Translations under genes and position numbers: made by a program | Shown: positions 27,239 to 35,659 of the stretch, in pieces | Layout of the letters: each line of letters opens with the position of its first letter | Position numbering within the stretch: position 1 is the first letter of the stretch | Source: a virus | Taxonomy: Duplodnaviria > Caudoviricetes | IMG/VR virus record: IMGVR_UViG_3300013099_000034 | Span: 1-44,693 of that record | Direction: 5' to 3' (one strand) | DNA length: 44,693 nt | The notes under the pieces: model-generated | The model's input: the letters and a program-made list of their open reading frames with translations, nothing else | Database searches by the model: none | What the model was told of the DNA's origin: nothing

Positions 27239-28041
27239 CATACTTAGACCGGGAGACATCGACAGAATCCGGCCAGCCGGTTGAACTTTATGTGTTCACA
27301 ATTGGGGCGGAGGTTTTCTATTACACCTCAGCCGAAGACACGGTAACGTGGGCGGCGCAGCAGTACGTGTCGCGCCAGATCACCCGTACCGACCCCGCCC
27401 AAGCAGACGGGGATCGCAAGCAGGAACTGACCGTCACGCTCCAGTCGGAAGACCCGGTGTGCGCCCGGTTCATCGGAGTGGTGCCGGGCCAATCAATGTT
27501 CTTGGACATCTTGCGCTTCCACCGCGCCGATACCCAGGCCGAGAATGTCTGGTCGGGCAAGATCATCGGCGTGAGCTTCAAGCTCCGGGGCGCAGTCTGC
27601 GAAATGAGCGGCATGACGAGCGAGGCCGCGCTGAACCGCACCATCCCCCGGTTCAAATACCAGGGCCTTTGTAACCACGTTTTGTACGACCTCAACTGCA
27701 AGATGCTGAAGGCCAGTTACCAACACACCAGCACCATCAGTGCTGTCGATGGGCGCACTGTAACCATCAACGGGATCAACACCGCCGAAGGTGACCAGTG
27801 GCCCGTGGGCGGGTACATAGATTTTGGCAGCTCAGATTATCGCCTGATCACGGCCCAGACGGGTGACGTGCTCTCGTTGATTCTGCCCTTCAGCGTGGAC
27901 GTGGTCGGCCAGTCCGTGGACGTGTACGCGGGGTGCGACCATACGCTGGCAACTTGCGCCGCCAAATTTAGCAACAACCTGAACTATGGGGGCTACGCTT
28001 TCGTGCCCACACTCAACCCCTTCAATGCGAGTATCGTATGA
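27235..28041 (+). CDS. DUF2163/BR0599-family baseplate hub protein (GTA-like, lambda gpL equivalent)
   Basis: C..VLYD..C and GCDHTLATCAAKFSNNLNYGG Cys motifs. Confidence 0.88.
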   Translation: MTYLDRETSTESGQPVELYVFTIGAEVFYYTSAEDTVTWAAQQYVSRQITRTDPAQADGDRKQELTVTLQSEDPVCARFIGVVPGQSMFLDILRFHRADTQAENVWSGKIIGVSFKLRGAVCEMSGMTSEAALNRTIPRFKYQGLCNHVLYDLNCKMLKASYQHTSTISAVDGRTVTINGINTAEGDQWPVGGYIDFGSSDYRLITAQTGDVLSLILPFSVDVVGQSVDVYAGCDHTLATCAAKFSNNLNYGGYAFVPTLNPFNASIV

Positions 28042-30917
28042 TTTTTTGGATGCTACTTTTCTGGGTTGGCGCTTTTCTGCTCACTGAGATTCTGCGGCCC
28101 AAGCCCAACATGGAAGATGCCCGGCCCGCCGGTCAGGGCGACTTCCAATTTCCGACCGCAACCGAAGGCCGGGCCGTGCCTCTCATCTGGGGCAAGGTGA
28201 AGATCAAAGGCAGCAATGTCATCTGGTACGGCAACGTCCGTTCCGTGGCCATCACCGAAGACGTAAAGACCGGCTTGTTCAGTAGCGACACCGTCACTAC
28301 CGGCCACAAGTATTACGTTGGACTCCAGTTCGCGCTTTGCCTTGGGCCGGGCGTTGTGTTGAAGGCCATTCGCGTCAACGAGAAGTCTCTTTGGAGCGGC
28401 ACCAGGGCGGCCGAAAGTACCTTCAATGTTTCCAGGCTAAGCATCCTGGGTGGAAACGAATTTGGGTCTGGGGGTATCTCTGGTACGGTGGGTTTTTATC
28501 CTGGCGCCATCGATCAAAGCATCAACGCCTACTTGGCTGGCAAGCAGTCACCCAATGTTGCCTACCGGGGCACCAGCTACGTTGTGTTCCAGGGCGGCTA
28601 CATTGGCAACAGCCCCAACATCGTGCCGTGGGAATTTGAAGCAGAGCGATACCCAGACGGACTCAACATGGCCGCCGCTGACCCCGGCGCAGAAAACCCC
28701 ACCAACGGCACAGCCAACCCTATGAACGTGATCTACGAAATCATGACGGATGACATCTGGGGTTTGGGCATACCGTCCAGCGAGATTGACGTGGTTAATT
28801 TCCAGGACGCCGCCTCTGCCCTGTACGCAGAGGGTAATGGTTTCGCCATGCTCATGGACCGGGAAAAACAGGCCAGCGATATGATCAACGAAGTCGTCCG
28901 GCAGGTTGACGGCACGCTGTGGTTTGATCGCGGGGCCGGGCAGTGGAAGATGACTCTCATCCGCGACGGCTACGACCCTGGCACGTTGCCGGAGTTCGAT
29001 GAGAGTAACATACTGGAGCTGTCAGAGTACACGCGGCAGACCTGGGAAGAAACGACCAACGAAGTGCGGCTGAGTTACATCGACATTGACGACAACTACA
29101 AGGAAACTTATGCCTTCGCCCAAGACATGGGCAATCATCTTATCCAGGGCGGCAGTGTCGCGTCTGAAGTGCGATACCCCGGCGTACGGGACAAGGCGTT
29201 GGCCAACTCACTTGCGTGGCGTGAACTGCGCGTACTGACTTACCCGCTGTCCAAAATTACGGTCAAGATGAACCGCGATGGATTTGCGCTTCGGCCCGGC
29301 TCGCTGTTCAAGTACAGCAACACCCGGCTGGGGATCGACGGCGTTGTTTACCGCGTGGGCCGGTTCGCGCCTGGTACGTTATTGAGCGGCGAAATAAATG
29401 TGTTCGCGGTCGAAGATATTTTCAGCACCGGGGTGGGCACGTTTGGTGACCCGGTAGGCAGTGGCTGGGTTGAGCCCAACGATGCGGCCGTGCCCGTTGT
29501 GAGCGCGGATACGGTTGTGTTTGAGGCCGGGCGGCAGATGGTTGTTCAAGACCCCTTCGCGCCCACGCTGGAGCCACGGGTATGGATGGGGGCACGGAAC
29601 CCCGGCGGCGGCACCGTGCGCTTCCAGAGTTACCTTCGCACCGGTCCCAGCCATCCAACCAGCGGGGCGTTCACGGAGGACGCTGAGGTGAGGGCGTTCT
29701 TGCGCGGGGCCAACCTCACCGCTGACGTGGAGGCCTATGCAGCCGTGTCTCTGCGGCCCACCAACGTGCTTACGATTGACATGGAAATTGCTGACCCGGA
29801 TGACATCAGCGACCTTCTGGTTGCCGGCAACAACGGTGACGTCGCGTCGTTGGTTAACATTGTGAAAATCAACGATGAGATTTTGGGCTTTTTGAACCTC
29901 ACTGACTTTGGCACGTTCTATCGCATGTCTGTCTTCTACCGGGGCCTGTTTAATACCAACCAAGCGGCCCACTCCATTGGCGACACGGTTTGGTTCCTGG
30001 GCCAGACGGGCGGCAGCTTGACGCGGATCAGTATGGCAGACAGCCACGACGAAATGGGACTCCAGCTGCGCAGCGTGGACCTCTTGGAGGAAGTTGTTGA
30101 GGGACTCACGCCCGTGGAGGACGTGAGCTTGGTCCGGCTCTGGCGGCAACCGCTGCCCGTGCGCGATCCAGTTATAAATTCCACCTACGCTGACACCACG
30201 AACGTGAGCTTGGACGTACAGTACACCACGCCCACCGGCCGCCTGGGCGAAGATGCTTCGGCGTTGCTGCTGGAGTGCACGGTGCGGGACTGGCGCGTGG
30301 ATGATGTTCGGACCGACCACGTCCTGACTGCCCAATACGAAGACGACGCCCCGGAGCTGGACTACGTGCTCACCCTGGACCCGGCCGGTACACCGGCGGT
30401 GTTGGCGGCGTTGGTCATCACCGACCCCTGGGTCGACACCCAGGTTTGGGCCTTGCGCAACGACATGATAATCGCCGTGGGTATTAACACGCCCATGCCC
30501 ACTACCGCCAGCTTGTCAATTTCTCCTCGGCACACGCCGCCCGAAATTGGCACTGAGATCACCGGCGTGGCGTTGGTCCACGAGTTCGCAATTACCTCTG
30601 AACTCCACGACGATGATCTGCACGTGGGTGGCTTGGCGGCCAACACCGCCAGCGCCGCTATCAGTTTCACAGAGACGGGCGCATACGCTTTCGACATCAA
30701 CACGGCCCTGCCGTCCAGCGGTATCTTGGAGGCCGATGTTGACGGCGGCGGATACGTGACCGTGATCGCGGCCGGGAACACAACCGGAACGCTGACCACC
30801 AGCGGCGGCGGCCCCTACAGCGTGGTGCTTCGGTTCACGGTAGCGCCCACCGACGACCAGTACTTCCGCATCACCGGCCCCACGGCCGAAGATGGCAACG
30901 GCGTACTGCTCGCATAA
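28038..30917 (+). CDS. tail tip / host-specificity protein (Phage-tail_3-like)
   Basis: 959 aa; FPTATEGRAVPLIWG, AYRG, NPMNVIYEIMTD..WGLG, RGLFNT motifs. Confidence 0.85.
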   Translation: MIFWMLLFWVGAFLLTEILRPKPNMEDARPAGQGDFQFPTATEGRAVPLIWGKVKIKGSNVIWYGNVRSVAITEDVKTGLFSSDTVTTGHKYYVGLQFALCLGPGVVLKAIRVNEKSLWSGTRAAESTFNVSRLSILGGNEFGSGGISGTVGFYPGAIDQSINAYLAGKQSPNVAYRGTSYVVFQGGYIGNSPNIVPWEFEAERYPDGLNMAAADPGAENPTNGTANPMNVIYEIMTDDIWGLGIPSSEIDVVNFQDAASALYAEGNGFAMLMDREKQASDMINEVVRQVDGTLWFDRGAGQWKMTLIRDGYDPGTLPEFDESNILELSEYTRQTWEETTNEVRLSYIDIDDNYKETYAFAQDMGNHLIQGGSVASEVRYPGVRDKALANSLAWRELRVLTYPLSKITVKMNRDGFALRPGSLFKYSNTRLGIDGVVYRVGRFAPGTLLSGEINVFAVEDIFSTGVGTFGDPVGSGWVEPNDAAVPVVSADTVVFEAGRQMVVQDPFAPTLEPRVWMGARNPGGGTVRFQSYLRTGPSHPTSGAFTEDAEVRAFLRGANLTADVEAYAAVSLRPTNVLTIDMEIADPDDISDLLVAGNNGDVASLVNIVKINDEILGFLNLTDFGTFYRMSVFYRGLFNTNQAAHSIGDTVWFLGQTGGSLTRISMADSHDEMGLQLRSVDLLEEVVEGLTPVEDVSLVRLWRQPLPVRDPVINSTYADTTNVSLDVQYTTPTGRLGEDASALLLECTVRDWRVDDVRTDHVLTAQYEDDAPELDYVLTLDPAGTPAVLAALVITDPWVDTQVWALRNDMIIAVGINTPMPTTASLSISPRHTPPEIGTEITGVALVHEFAITSELHDDDLHVGGLAANTASAAISFTETGAYAFDINTALPSSGILEADVDGGGYVTVIAAGNTTGTLTTSGGGPYSVVLRFTVAPTDDQYFRITGPTAEDGNGVLLA

Positions 30918-30922
30918 AAAGG

Positions 30923-30951
30923 TTGTCGAGGGCGTGCCGATAGACTATGGT
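30923..30951 (+). promoter_or_regulatory. sigma70-type promoter for the lysis cassette
   Basis: TTGTCG-17 nt-TATGGT in the intergenic gap. Confidence 0.55.
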
Positions 30952-30995
30952 ATCGACGTTGGTTTTTGAGACCACTTCTAACAAGGAGCAGAACA

Positions 30996-31232
30996 ATGGC
31001 GTACAACAAAGATCAGGTACAGGCCCTGGGCGCGAAGATCGTTGACATGGTCAACGCGGTCGCCGACGGGGTTGACGTTTCCGACGTGAGCGTCGGCATG
31101 GATTTACTGGCGGCCTTCATGTCGGCCAGTGATGAGATTGCGACAGACAAAGACGCGGCTGTTTTGGACATCGTGGCTGGGGCAACCAGCGCGTTTGCTG
31201 ACCAGCGCCGCAACCCCGAGGTGCCGGCATAA
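30996..31232 (+). CDS. hypothetical protein
   Basis: ATG 30996 with SD AAGGAG; 78 aa, A/D/V-rich. Confidence 0.7.
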   Translation: MAYNKDQVQALGAKIVDMVNAVADGVDVSDVSVGMDLLAAFMSASDEIATDKDAAVLDIVAGATSAFADQRRNPEVPA

Positions 31233-31561
31233 TGTTTGCCGAATTATTTGGTGGGCTGTTGACGGGCGTTACTGAAGTTTTTCAGGTCGCCGGGCCAGCC
31301 CTTGTTTCGGGGGCCGTGATGAAGCACGGCATCCGCAAGCTGCCCAACAATGCCATCCCCGCGATCAACGGCGTGCTGGGCTTGGGCCTGGCGCTGCTGT
31401 CGGGCGCAGACGTTGGCACCGCCGCCCAGGCTGGCGTACTCACCGCCGTCGGTGGTACGGGCACGCACCAGCTTCTGAAGATCACAACTCGCAAATTATT
31501 GAGTGGCCGGATGAACGGCGCTTCTCGGAAAGTTGGCCCCGGTGACCAGCTCTCGATCTAG
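31232..31561 (+). CDS. holin-like membrane protein
   Basis: Hydrophobic segments (NNAIPAINGVLGLGLALL; GVLTAVGGTGTHQLLK), basic C-terminus, upstream of the endolysin. Confidence 0.6.
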   Translation: MFAELFGGLLTGVTEVFQVAGPALVSGAVMKHGIRKLPNNAIPAINGVLGLGLALLSGADVGTAAQAGVLTAVGGTGTHQLLKITTRKLLSGRMNGASRKVGPGDQLSI

Positions 31562-31570
31562 GAGAACACG

Positions 31571-31942
31571 ATGACTGTGCCCACGTCTTTAGCGCCGACC
31601 GAATACGGGTTGATCGGGTTCCTCCTGATTTTGGTCTGGAAAGTTTTGGGCGTGGGCCAGCAACTATTTCTCGCCCGGCGGGGCGCGGGTGACAGCCTTC
31701 CGTACCCCTGTGCGAAGGACCCAGTTCACTTCCAACGAATAAAAGAAATGCATCAAATGGCCAAAGCAGACGAGACCGACAAAGCACGCGGCATGTACGG
31801 CTGCCAGTGGAAGGATCGCGATGAAGTTCGTGACCTTCTGGAGCTGATGCGAAAGTCAATCCACGCCTCCAATAATCAAACACACGCCATCAAAGCTCTC
31901 ACCGATGAAATGAGACTCGAAAGGAACGGCCGCACGCCATGA
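31571..31942 (+). CDS. single-TM membrane protein of the lysis cassette
   Basis: N-terminal TM YGLIGFLLILVWKVL, SD AGGAG, ATGA overlap with the endolysin. Confidence 0.6.
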   Translation: MTVPTSLAPTEYGLIGFLLILVWKVLGVGQQLFLARRGAGDSLPYPCAKDPVHFQRIKEMHQMAKADETDKARGMYGCQWKDRDEVRDLLELMRKSIHASNNQTHAIKALTDEMRLERNGRTP

Positions 31943-32487
31943 ACATTGAAGTGCTGGACCGAATCTTGAAGACCGAGGGCGGCTACGTCAACGACTCAAC
32001 TGACCGGGGCGGGGAAACCTTCTGCGGCGTGAGTCGCCACAACTGGCCGGGGTGGCGCGGGTGGCTGGTGGTGGATGAACAAAAGCCCGACGGCACGCCC
32101 AAGTTGACTCCCCAACTCAAGGGCATGCTGGCCACGTTCTATCGCGAGAATTTCTGGGACCGTCTCCACTGTGAATCGTTCTCCGCGTCTCTCGCCTATG
32201 AGGTGTTTGACATGGCGGTGAATTTGGGCGTAGGCAGAACCGGGGCCTTGCTCCAAGAGGCGCTGAACCTTCTGAACCGAAATGAGAAAAGCTGGGAGGA
32301 GATTGCCCAGGACGGGCAGGTGGGACCCAAGACCTTAGCCGTCCTACGGGTTGCCCTCAACAGCGCGGGCGGGGAGGCGCACCTGCAGCGCGTGCTAGCG
32401 GCCCTCCAGGGTGAGCACTACCTCAAGCTGGTCCGGCGCCAACCCAAGCAGGAGCGGTTCTTGCGAGGGTGGCTCAAAAGGGCCTAA
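31939..32487 (+). CDS. endolysin, glycoside hydrolase 108 with PG_binding_3 domain
   Basis: EGGYVND..DRGGET..GV catalytic motif; FDMAVNLG; DGQVGPKT; RFLRGWLKR. Confidence 0.92.
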   Translation: MNIEVLDRILKTEGGYVNDSTDRGGETFCGVSRHNWPGWRGWLVVDEQKPDGTPKLTPQLKGMLATFYRENFWDRLHCESFSASLAYEVFDMAVNLGVGRTGALLQEALNLLNRNEKSWEEIAQDGQVGPKTLAVLRVALNSAGGEAHLQRVLAALQGEHYLKLVRRQPKQERFLRGWLKRA

Positions 32488-32557
32488 AAGGCCCCGTTCC
32501 CCAGCCCTCCACCCCCGCGTTGCTTAGCGGGGCAGCTAGGGCGCTTAGATTTGAGAT

Positions 32558-32740
32558 TCAAGAACCCCCGCCACCACGGAATAACCGGGCCAGAGCCTTG
32601 ATCAGGTCACTGGGCTTTTCGCCCATGAGACGGAAGCAGATGGAGACGACGAGCGCCGCCCCGGCCCACGGGGCCAGAGTCGTCAACACGTCAATCAGGC
32701 GGGTCAAGGCTTCGGCGGTTTCCAAGTTCATGTTGTTCAT
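32558..32740 (-). CDS. small membrane protein
   Basis: One TM segment (LAPWAGAALVVSICF); start uncertain (32740 or 32731). Confidence 0.5.
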   Translation of the reverse strand: MNNMNLETAEALTRLIDVLTTLAPWAGAALVVSICFRLMGEKPSDLIKALARLFRGGGGS

Positions 32741-32879
32741 TTTTAAACTCGTCAATCAACGTGGCCTGCAACAGCCGGTCATTCGTGTCCAGTCGCGCTT
32801 CAAGATGGTCCAGCCGGATCAAAAGACCGGCCACTACCAAGAATAAAACTGCGACAAGAATTAGGTTGAGAATCCACAT
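32691..32879 (-). CDS. small membrane-anchored coiled-coil protein
   Basis: SD AAGGAG; N-terminal TM MWILNLILVAVLFLVVAGLLI. Confidence 0.65.
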   Translation of the reverse strand: MWILNLILVAVLFLVVAGLLIRLDHLEARLDTNDRLLQATLIDEFKNEQHELGNRRSLDPPD

Positions 32880-32972
32880 GGTGTCTTTGCTCCTTGGGGA
32901 GCGAGACCGGTGCCGCCTTGGGTGGGGGGATTGGAGGGAACACCCGCAGCAACGACCGGCCTCGCGTTACGT

Positions 32973-33365
32973 TTAATCGTCCACGAAAGGTTTGCCGCCA
33001 GTGCCGGGCGCGGGCGGAATTGGAATGTAAGAATCGGACCATTCGCTGAGTGGCCCAGTTTGCCCCCAGATGTCAGTCGCGCTCACGGCCACCGAAGATG
33101 GAACGCCGATCAACAAGCTCACATAAGCTGACGCCGTGTCGGCCACAGCGTGCGGCGCGGCCTCCACGCCATAGAGCATGGTGTCACTGGGCGTGGCGAT
33201 GAAGATATTGTATTCCTTGATCCAGCCGTCCAAGGTCTCGGTGCCGCCGCTCGTTGAGTCCGGCTGGGTCCACTTGAACAGGTGGAGCGATCGGTCCTGC
33301 GCCCCCGCGCTGCTGGCCAGAAGTATGGCCACCAATACGAGCGCCAACGTCAGTCGTCTCATCAT
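32973..33365 (-). CDS. secreted fibronectin type III-like protein
   Basis: ATG 33365 with SD GAGGAGG; signal peptide MMRRLTLALVLVAILLASSAGA; W..P...Y.I...V.A.D..G..GPLS pattern. Confidence 0.7.
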   Translation of the reverse strand: MMRRLTLALVLVAILLASSAGAQDRSLHLFKWTQPDSTSGGTETLDGWIKEYNIFIATPSDTMLYGVEAAPHAVADTASAYVSLLIGVPSSVAVSATDIWGQTGPLSEWSDSYIPIPPAPGTGGKPFVDD

Positions 33366-33411
33366 GAATCTTCCTCCTCGGAAATAAGGGAACGCGGTTT
33401 TCCGCTTCTGG

Positions 33412-33440
33412 AACTTAGCTTGGATATTGCCCCCCGTCAA
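33412..33440 (-). promoter_or_regulatory. sigma70-type promoter for the FN3/membrane cassette
   Basis: TTGACG-17 nt-TAAGTT on the minus strand. Confidence 0.65.
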
Positions 33441-33450
33441 GCGTGACCTC

Positions 33451-33825
33451 CTACCATAGTTTGGACACGGAGTCCCACAGCTTGATCCGGCTGAGGTTCA
33501 CCCCGTCTCGTTGGGCGTGAGCCTTGACCTCGCTCCACCACTTTCCTTTTGTGAGCTGGCTGAAGGGCAGCACCACCTCGCAATATCTCTCGGTGCCGTC
33601 GTCGTCACGGAAGATGCCCCGGCAATAACTGATGTCCCAGAACGGGAACCCCGCGTCGGTCAGCATGCGGAAGCGTTCCAGCCGAAGCAGCCGACAGTCG
33701 GCCCAATCAATCCGGTTGGCGGCGGCCTCGTCCAGGCACGCCCGCCCTTCGTCTGTGAGATAGAAGTTGCCGATGCCGTTGGTCTCGTCTGGGTAGTTGT
33801 TCGGGTCGTCGTATCGTCCAGTCAT
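33451..33825 (-). CDS. hypothetical protein
   Basis: ATG 33825 overlaps the upstream TGA and has SD GGAG; the track start 34176 is an over-extension. Confidence 0.65.
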   Translation of the reverse strand: MTGRYDDPNNYPDETNGIGNFYLTDEGRACLDEAAANRIDWADCRLLRLERFRMLTDAGFPFWDISYCRGIFRDDDGTERYCEVVLPFSQLTKGKWWSEVKAHAQRDGVNLSRIKLWDSVSKLW

Positions 33826-34031
33826 CTTATTATCTCCAGTGCCCGGTGCAGGGCTTTGTACTTGGTGAGTTGGGTAGTGGCGGTGGGCTCGCCGTAGCGT
33901 GCGCTGGGGTAGCCGGGGTTCAACCGGCGGCACACCGTAGCCAGCCACGCCCCGCTGGGCAGCTGGGCTACGTTGACAACAAAGCCCCGGCGCTCGTAGG
34001 TGAAATATTGGAGGTCCATATAGCCGTTCAT
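33822..34031 (-). CDS. hypothetical protein
   Basis: ATG 34031 with SD GGAGGT; ATGA coupling. Confidence 0.65.
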   Translation of the reverse strand: MNGYMDLQYFTYERRGFVVNVAQLPSGAWLATVCRRLNPGYPSARYGEPTATTQLTKYKALHRALEIIR

Positions 34032-34240
34032 GATTGACCTCCATCGATGCCCCACCAGGTCCAAACTTCGCCGCACTGATCGCACTCACCGGGGGTGCCG
34101 TCGTCTTCGCCTTCAAAGTCGGCGGCCGCGCCCAGGTCCAGCCCACACCCAGGGCAGGTGAACGGGCGGCACTCACTCTGGGCTGCCCGGTTCATCATGC
34201 CCATGTCTCCTGCGTCTTCGTTGCCGTGCCAGTCGTTCAT
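34028..34240 (-). CDS. small zinc-ribbon protein
   Basis: ATG 34240 with SD GGAGGA; CPGC...CDQC. Confidence 0.65.
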   Translation of the reverse strand: MNDWHGNEDAGDMGMMNRAAQSECRPFTCPGCGLDLGAAADFEGEDDGTPGECDQCGEVWTWWGIDGGQS

Positions 34241-34737
34241 GACATATCCTCCACGATGACGTAGGTGCAGCTCAACCGGGCGGCCGCTGCCACCGCTGAG
34301 TGGATGCTGAAATCCTCGCGGGGGGCACCGTAGTAGTGAACCGAAAATTCGCTGCACCAGGCCATGAGCTGGGCGCAGTCGCTGTCCCAATTCTCGCCCA
34401 CGATACCCAGCGCGTCTTCGACCTCACAGACGGTGAGCACGGTCACGCCGCCCTCCACCTGGATGTCGGGGTTGGGCGTGAAGTTGGACGGGTGGGTGCC
34501 GCTGGATTCGCCGTTGTCGTGCGCCAAGATAAAGTTCAACGCCCAAACCTCGCGGGTGCGTTGCGTCTCAGGCAGGGCGTGGGGCTTGCCGTCGGCGCCA
34601 ACCAGCCCACCCTGAGCGAGCTGCTCAGCGTGGGTGTCGATGGCGTTGACGAGGGCGCTGGCAAAAGTCAGCGGGTCGCGGTCCATGAATTCTTGGAGAC
34701 GGGTTTTCAGCTCGCGGGTGAGTGTTTGGTTTTTCAT
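34237..34737 (-). CDS. hypothetical protein
   Basis: 166 aa, SD GGAGG, coupled to neighbours. Confidence 0.7.
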   Translation of the reverse strand: MKNQTLTRELKTRLQEFMDRDPLTFASALVNAIDTHAEQLAQGGLVGADGKPHALPETQRTREVWALNFILAHDNGESSGTHPSNFTPNPDIQVEGGVTVLTVCEVEDALGIVGENWDSDCAQLMAWCSEFSVHYYGAPREDFSIHSAVAAAARLSCTYVIVEDMS

Positions 34738-34738
34738 G

Positions 34739-35053
34739 TTAGCCCTCCCAGACTGAGATTGAGTAGCTGTTCTGGCACTCGAAGAAAACGCGGCTGTTGC
34801 GTTCGATGGTTTGGACCTGGCTGAACCAAGGGTTGTTCTGGCTGTAGCGGCCGTTCTCCCCGGCGTAGATTTGAGCGCCGCCGGTGAGGGCTACCGACCA
34901 CTCAAACGGGCCGCCTTCCCAGATGACCAAAACGGTGTCTTCGTACTCGTCCAGGTGGACGGTGACTTCGTCGCCCATGGGGCAGCATTTTTTGTTCAAG
35001 AGGGCGGCAAGTTTTTTGGCGGCGGTGTAGCGTTTGCTGAGTAAGCGTTTCAT
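34739..35053 (-). CDS. hypothetical protein (early region)
   Basis: 104 aa, SD AAGGA, WEGGPFEW motif. Confidence 0.7.
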   Translation of the reverse strand: MKRLLSKRYTAAKKLAALLNKKCCPMGDEVTVHLDEYEDTVLVIWEGGPFEWSVALTGGAQIYAGENGRYSQNNPWFSQVQTIERNSRVFFECQNSYSISVWEG

Positions 35054-35083
35054 TATTTTTTCCTTTGGATCGGGTTTTGGTTT

Positions 35084-35101
35084 GGGGGCCTTGCGGCCCC
35101 C
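35084..35101 (-). other. GNRA-tetraloop hairpin between early genes
   Basis: Minus strand reads GGGGGCC-GCAA-GGCCCCC; no U-tract on that strand. Confidence 0.5.
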
Positions 35102-35109
35102 GTGAATCG

Positions 35110-35409
35110 TTACCAGGGGCGGGTGCCGTGGATGACTTCTGCGCAGCCCCGCATGCCGTGGAAGTAGTTGGCCAGCAAGAGGGCCTTGGCTTCCTTGAGC
35201 GTGACGTCGTAGGCGTTGAACCGGTGAGTGGTGTCGTTGCTGCCGTCATCTTTCCACTCGTAGTAAAAAGCGACCTTGGTGATGGGCTGGTAATTGCCGA
35301 TGTGAGTTTCTTCGCCGGTGACTTTATGAGTGGCCCAGATTTGTTTCTGACCGTGCTTGGGGGCGGGCTTGCATTTGGTGCGGTAGTTTGCGCTTGGTAA
35401 GTTGTTCAT
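35110..35409 (-). CDS. hypothetical protein (first gene of the early block)
   Basis: 99 aa, SD AAGGA, downstream of GCTATACTT. Confidence 0.7.
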   Translation of the reverse strand: MNNLPSANYRTKCKPAPKHGQKQIWATHKVTGEETHIGNYQPITKVAFYYEWKDDGSNDTTHRFNAYDVTLKEAKALLLANYFHGMRGCAEVIHGTRPW

Positions 35410-35465
35410 TGTTTTTCCTTTTGACCGGGTTTCTCAAGTGCGGGTCAACACCCGCTGTGTGCTAC

Positions 35466-35474
35466 AAGTATAGC
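35466..35474 (-). promoter_or_regulatory. -10-like element GCTATACTT of the early block
   Basis: Identical 9-mer to 578-586; no canonical -35 at 17 nt. Confidence 0.45.
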
Positions 35475-35590
35475 TTATTTCGGGCCGTAGTGGGGGAATC
35501 ATTTAAACTAAATTGCAACGCATGGCCGCACAGCAGGTTGCAGCTGCAAAACGCACAGAAGGCGCGGATGGACGACAGGGGCCTTCAATG

Positions 35591-35628
35591 CGAAGCGCCC
35601 GGAGTCGTTGAAAACTCCGGGCGTTTCG
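35591..35628. terminator. stem-loop downstream of the primase-helicase gene
   Basis: CGCCCGGAGT (35596-35605) / ACTCCGGGCG (35614-35623), extended by CGAA/TTCG. Confidence 0.55.
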
Positions 35629-35659
35629 CCTTGTATTAATTATCGGGCCGCTTTTGAAA

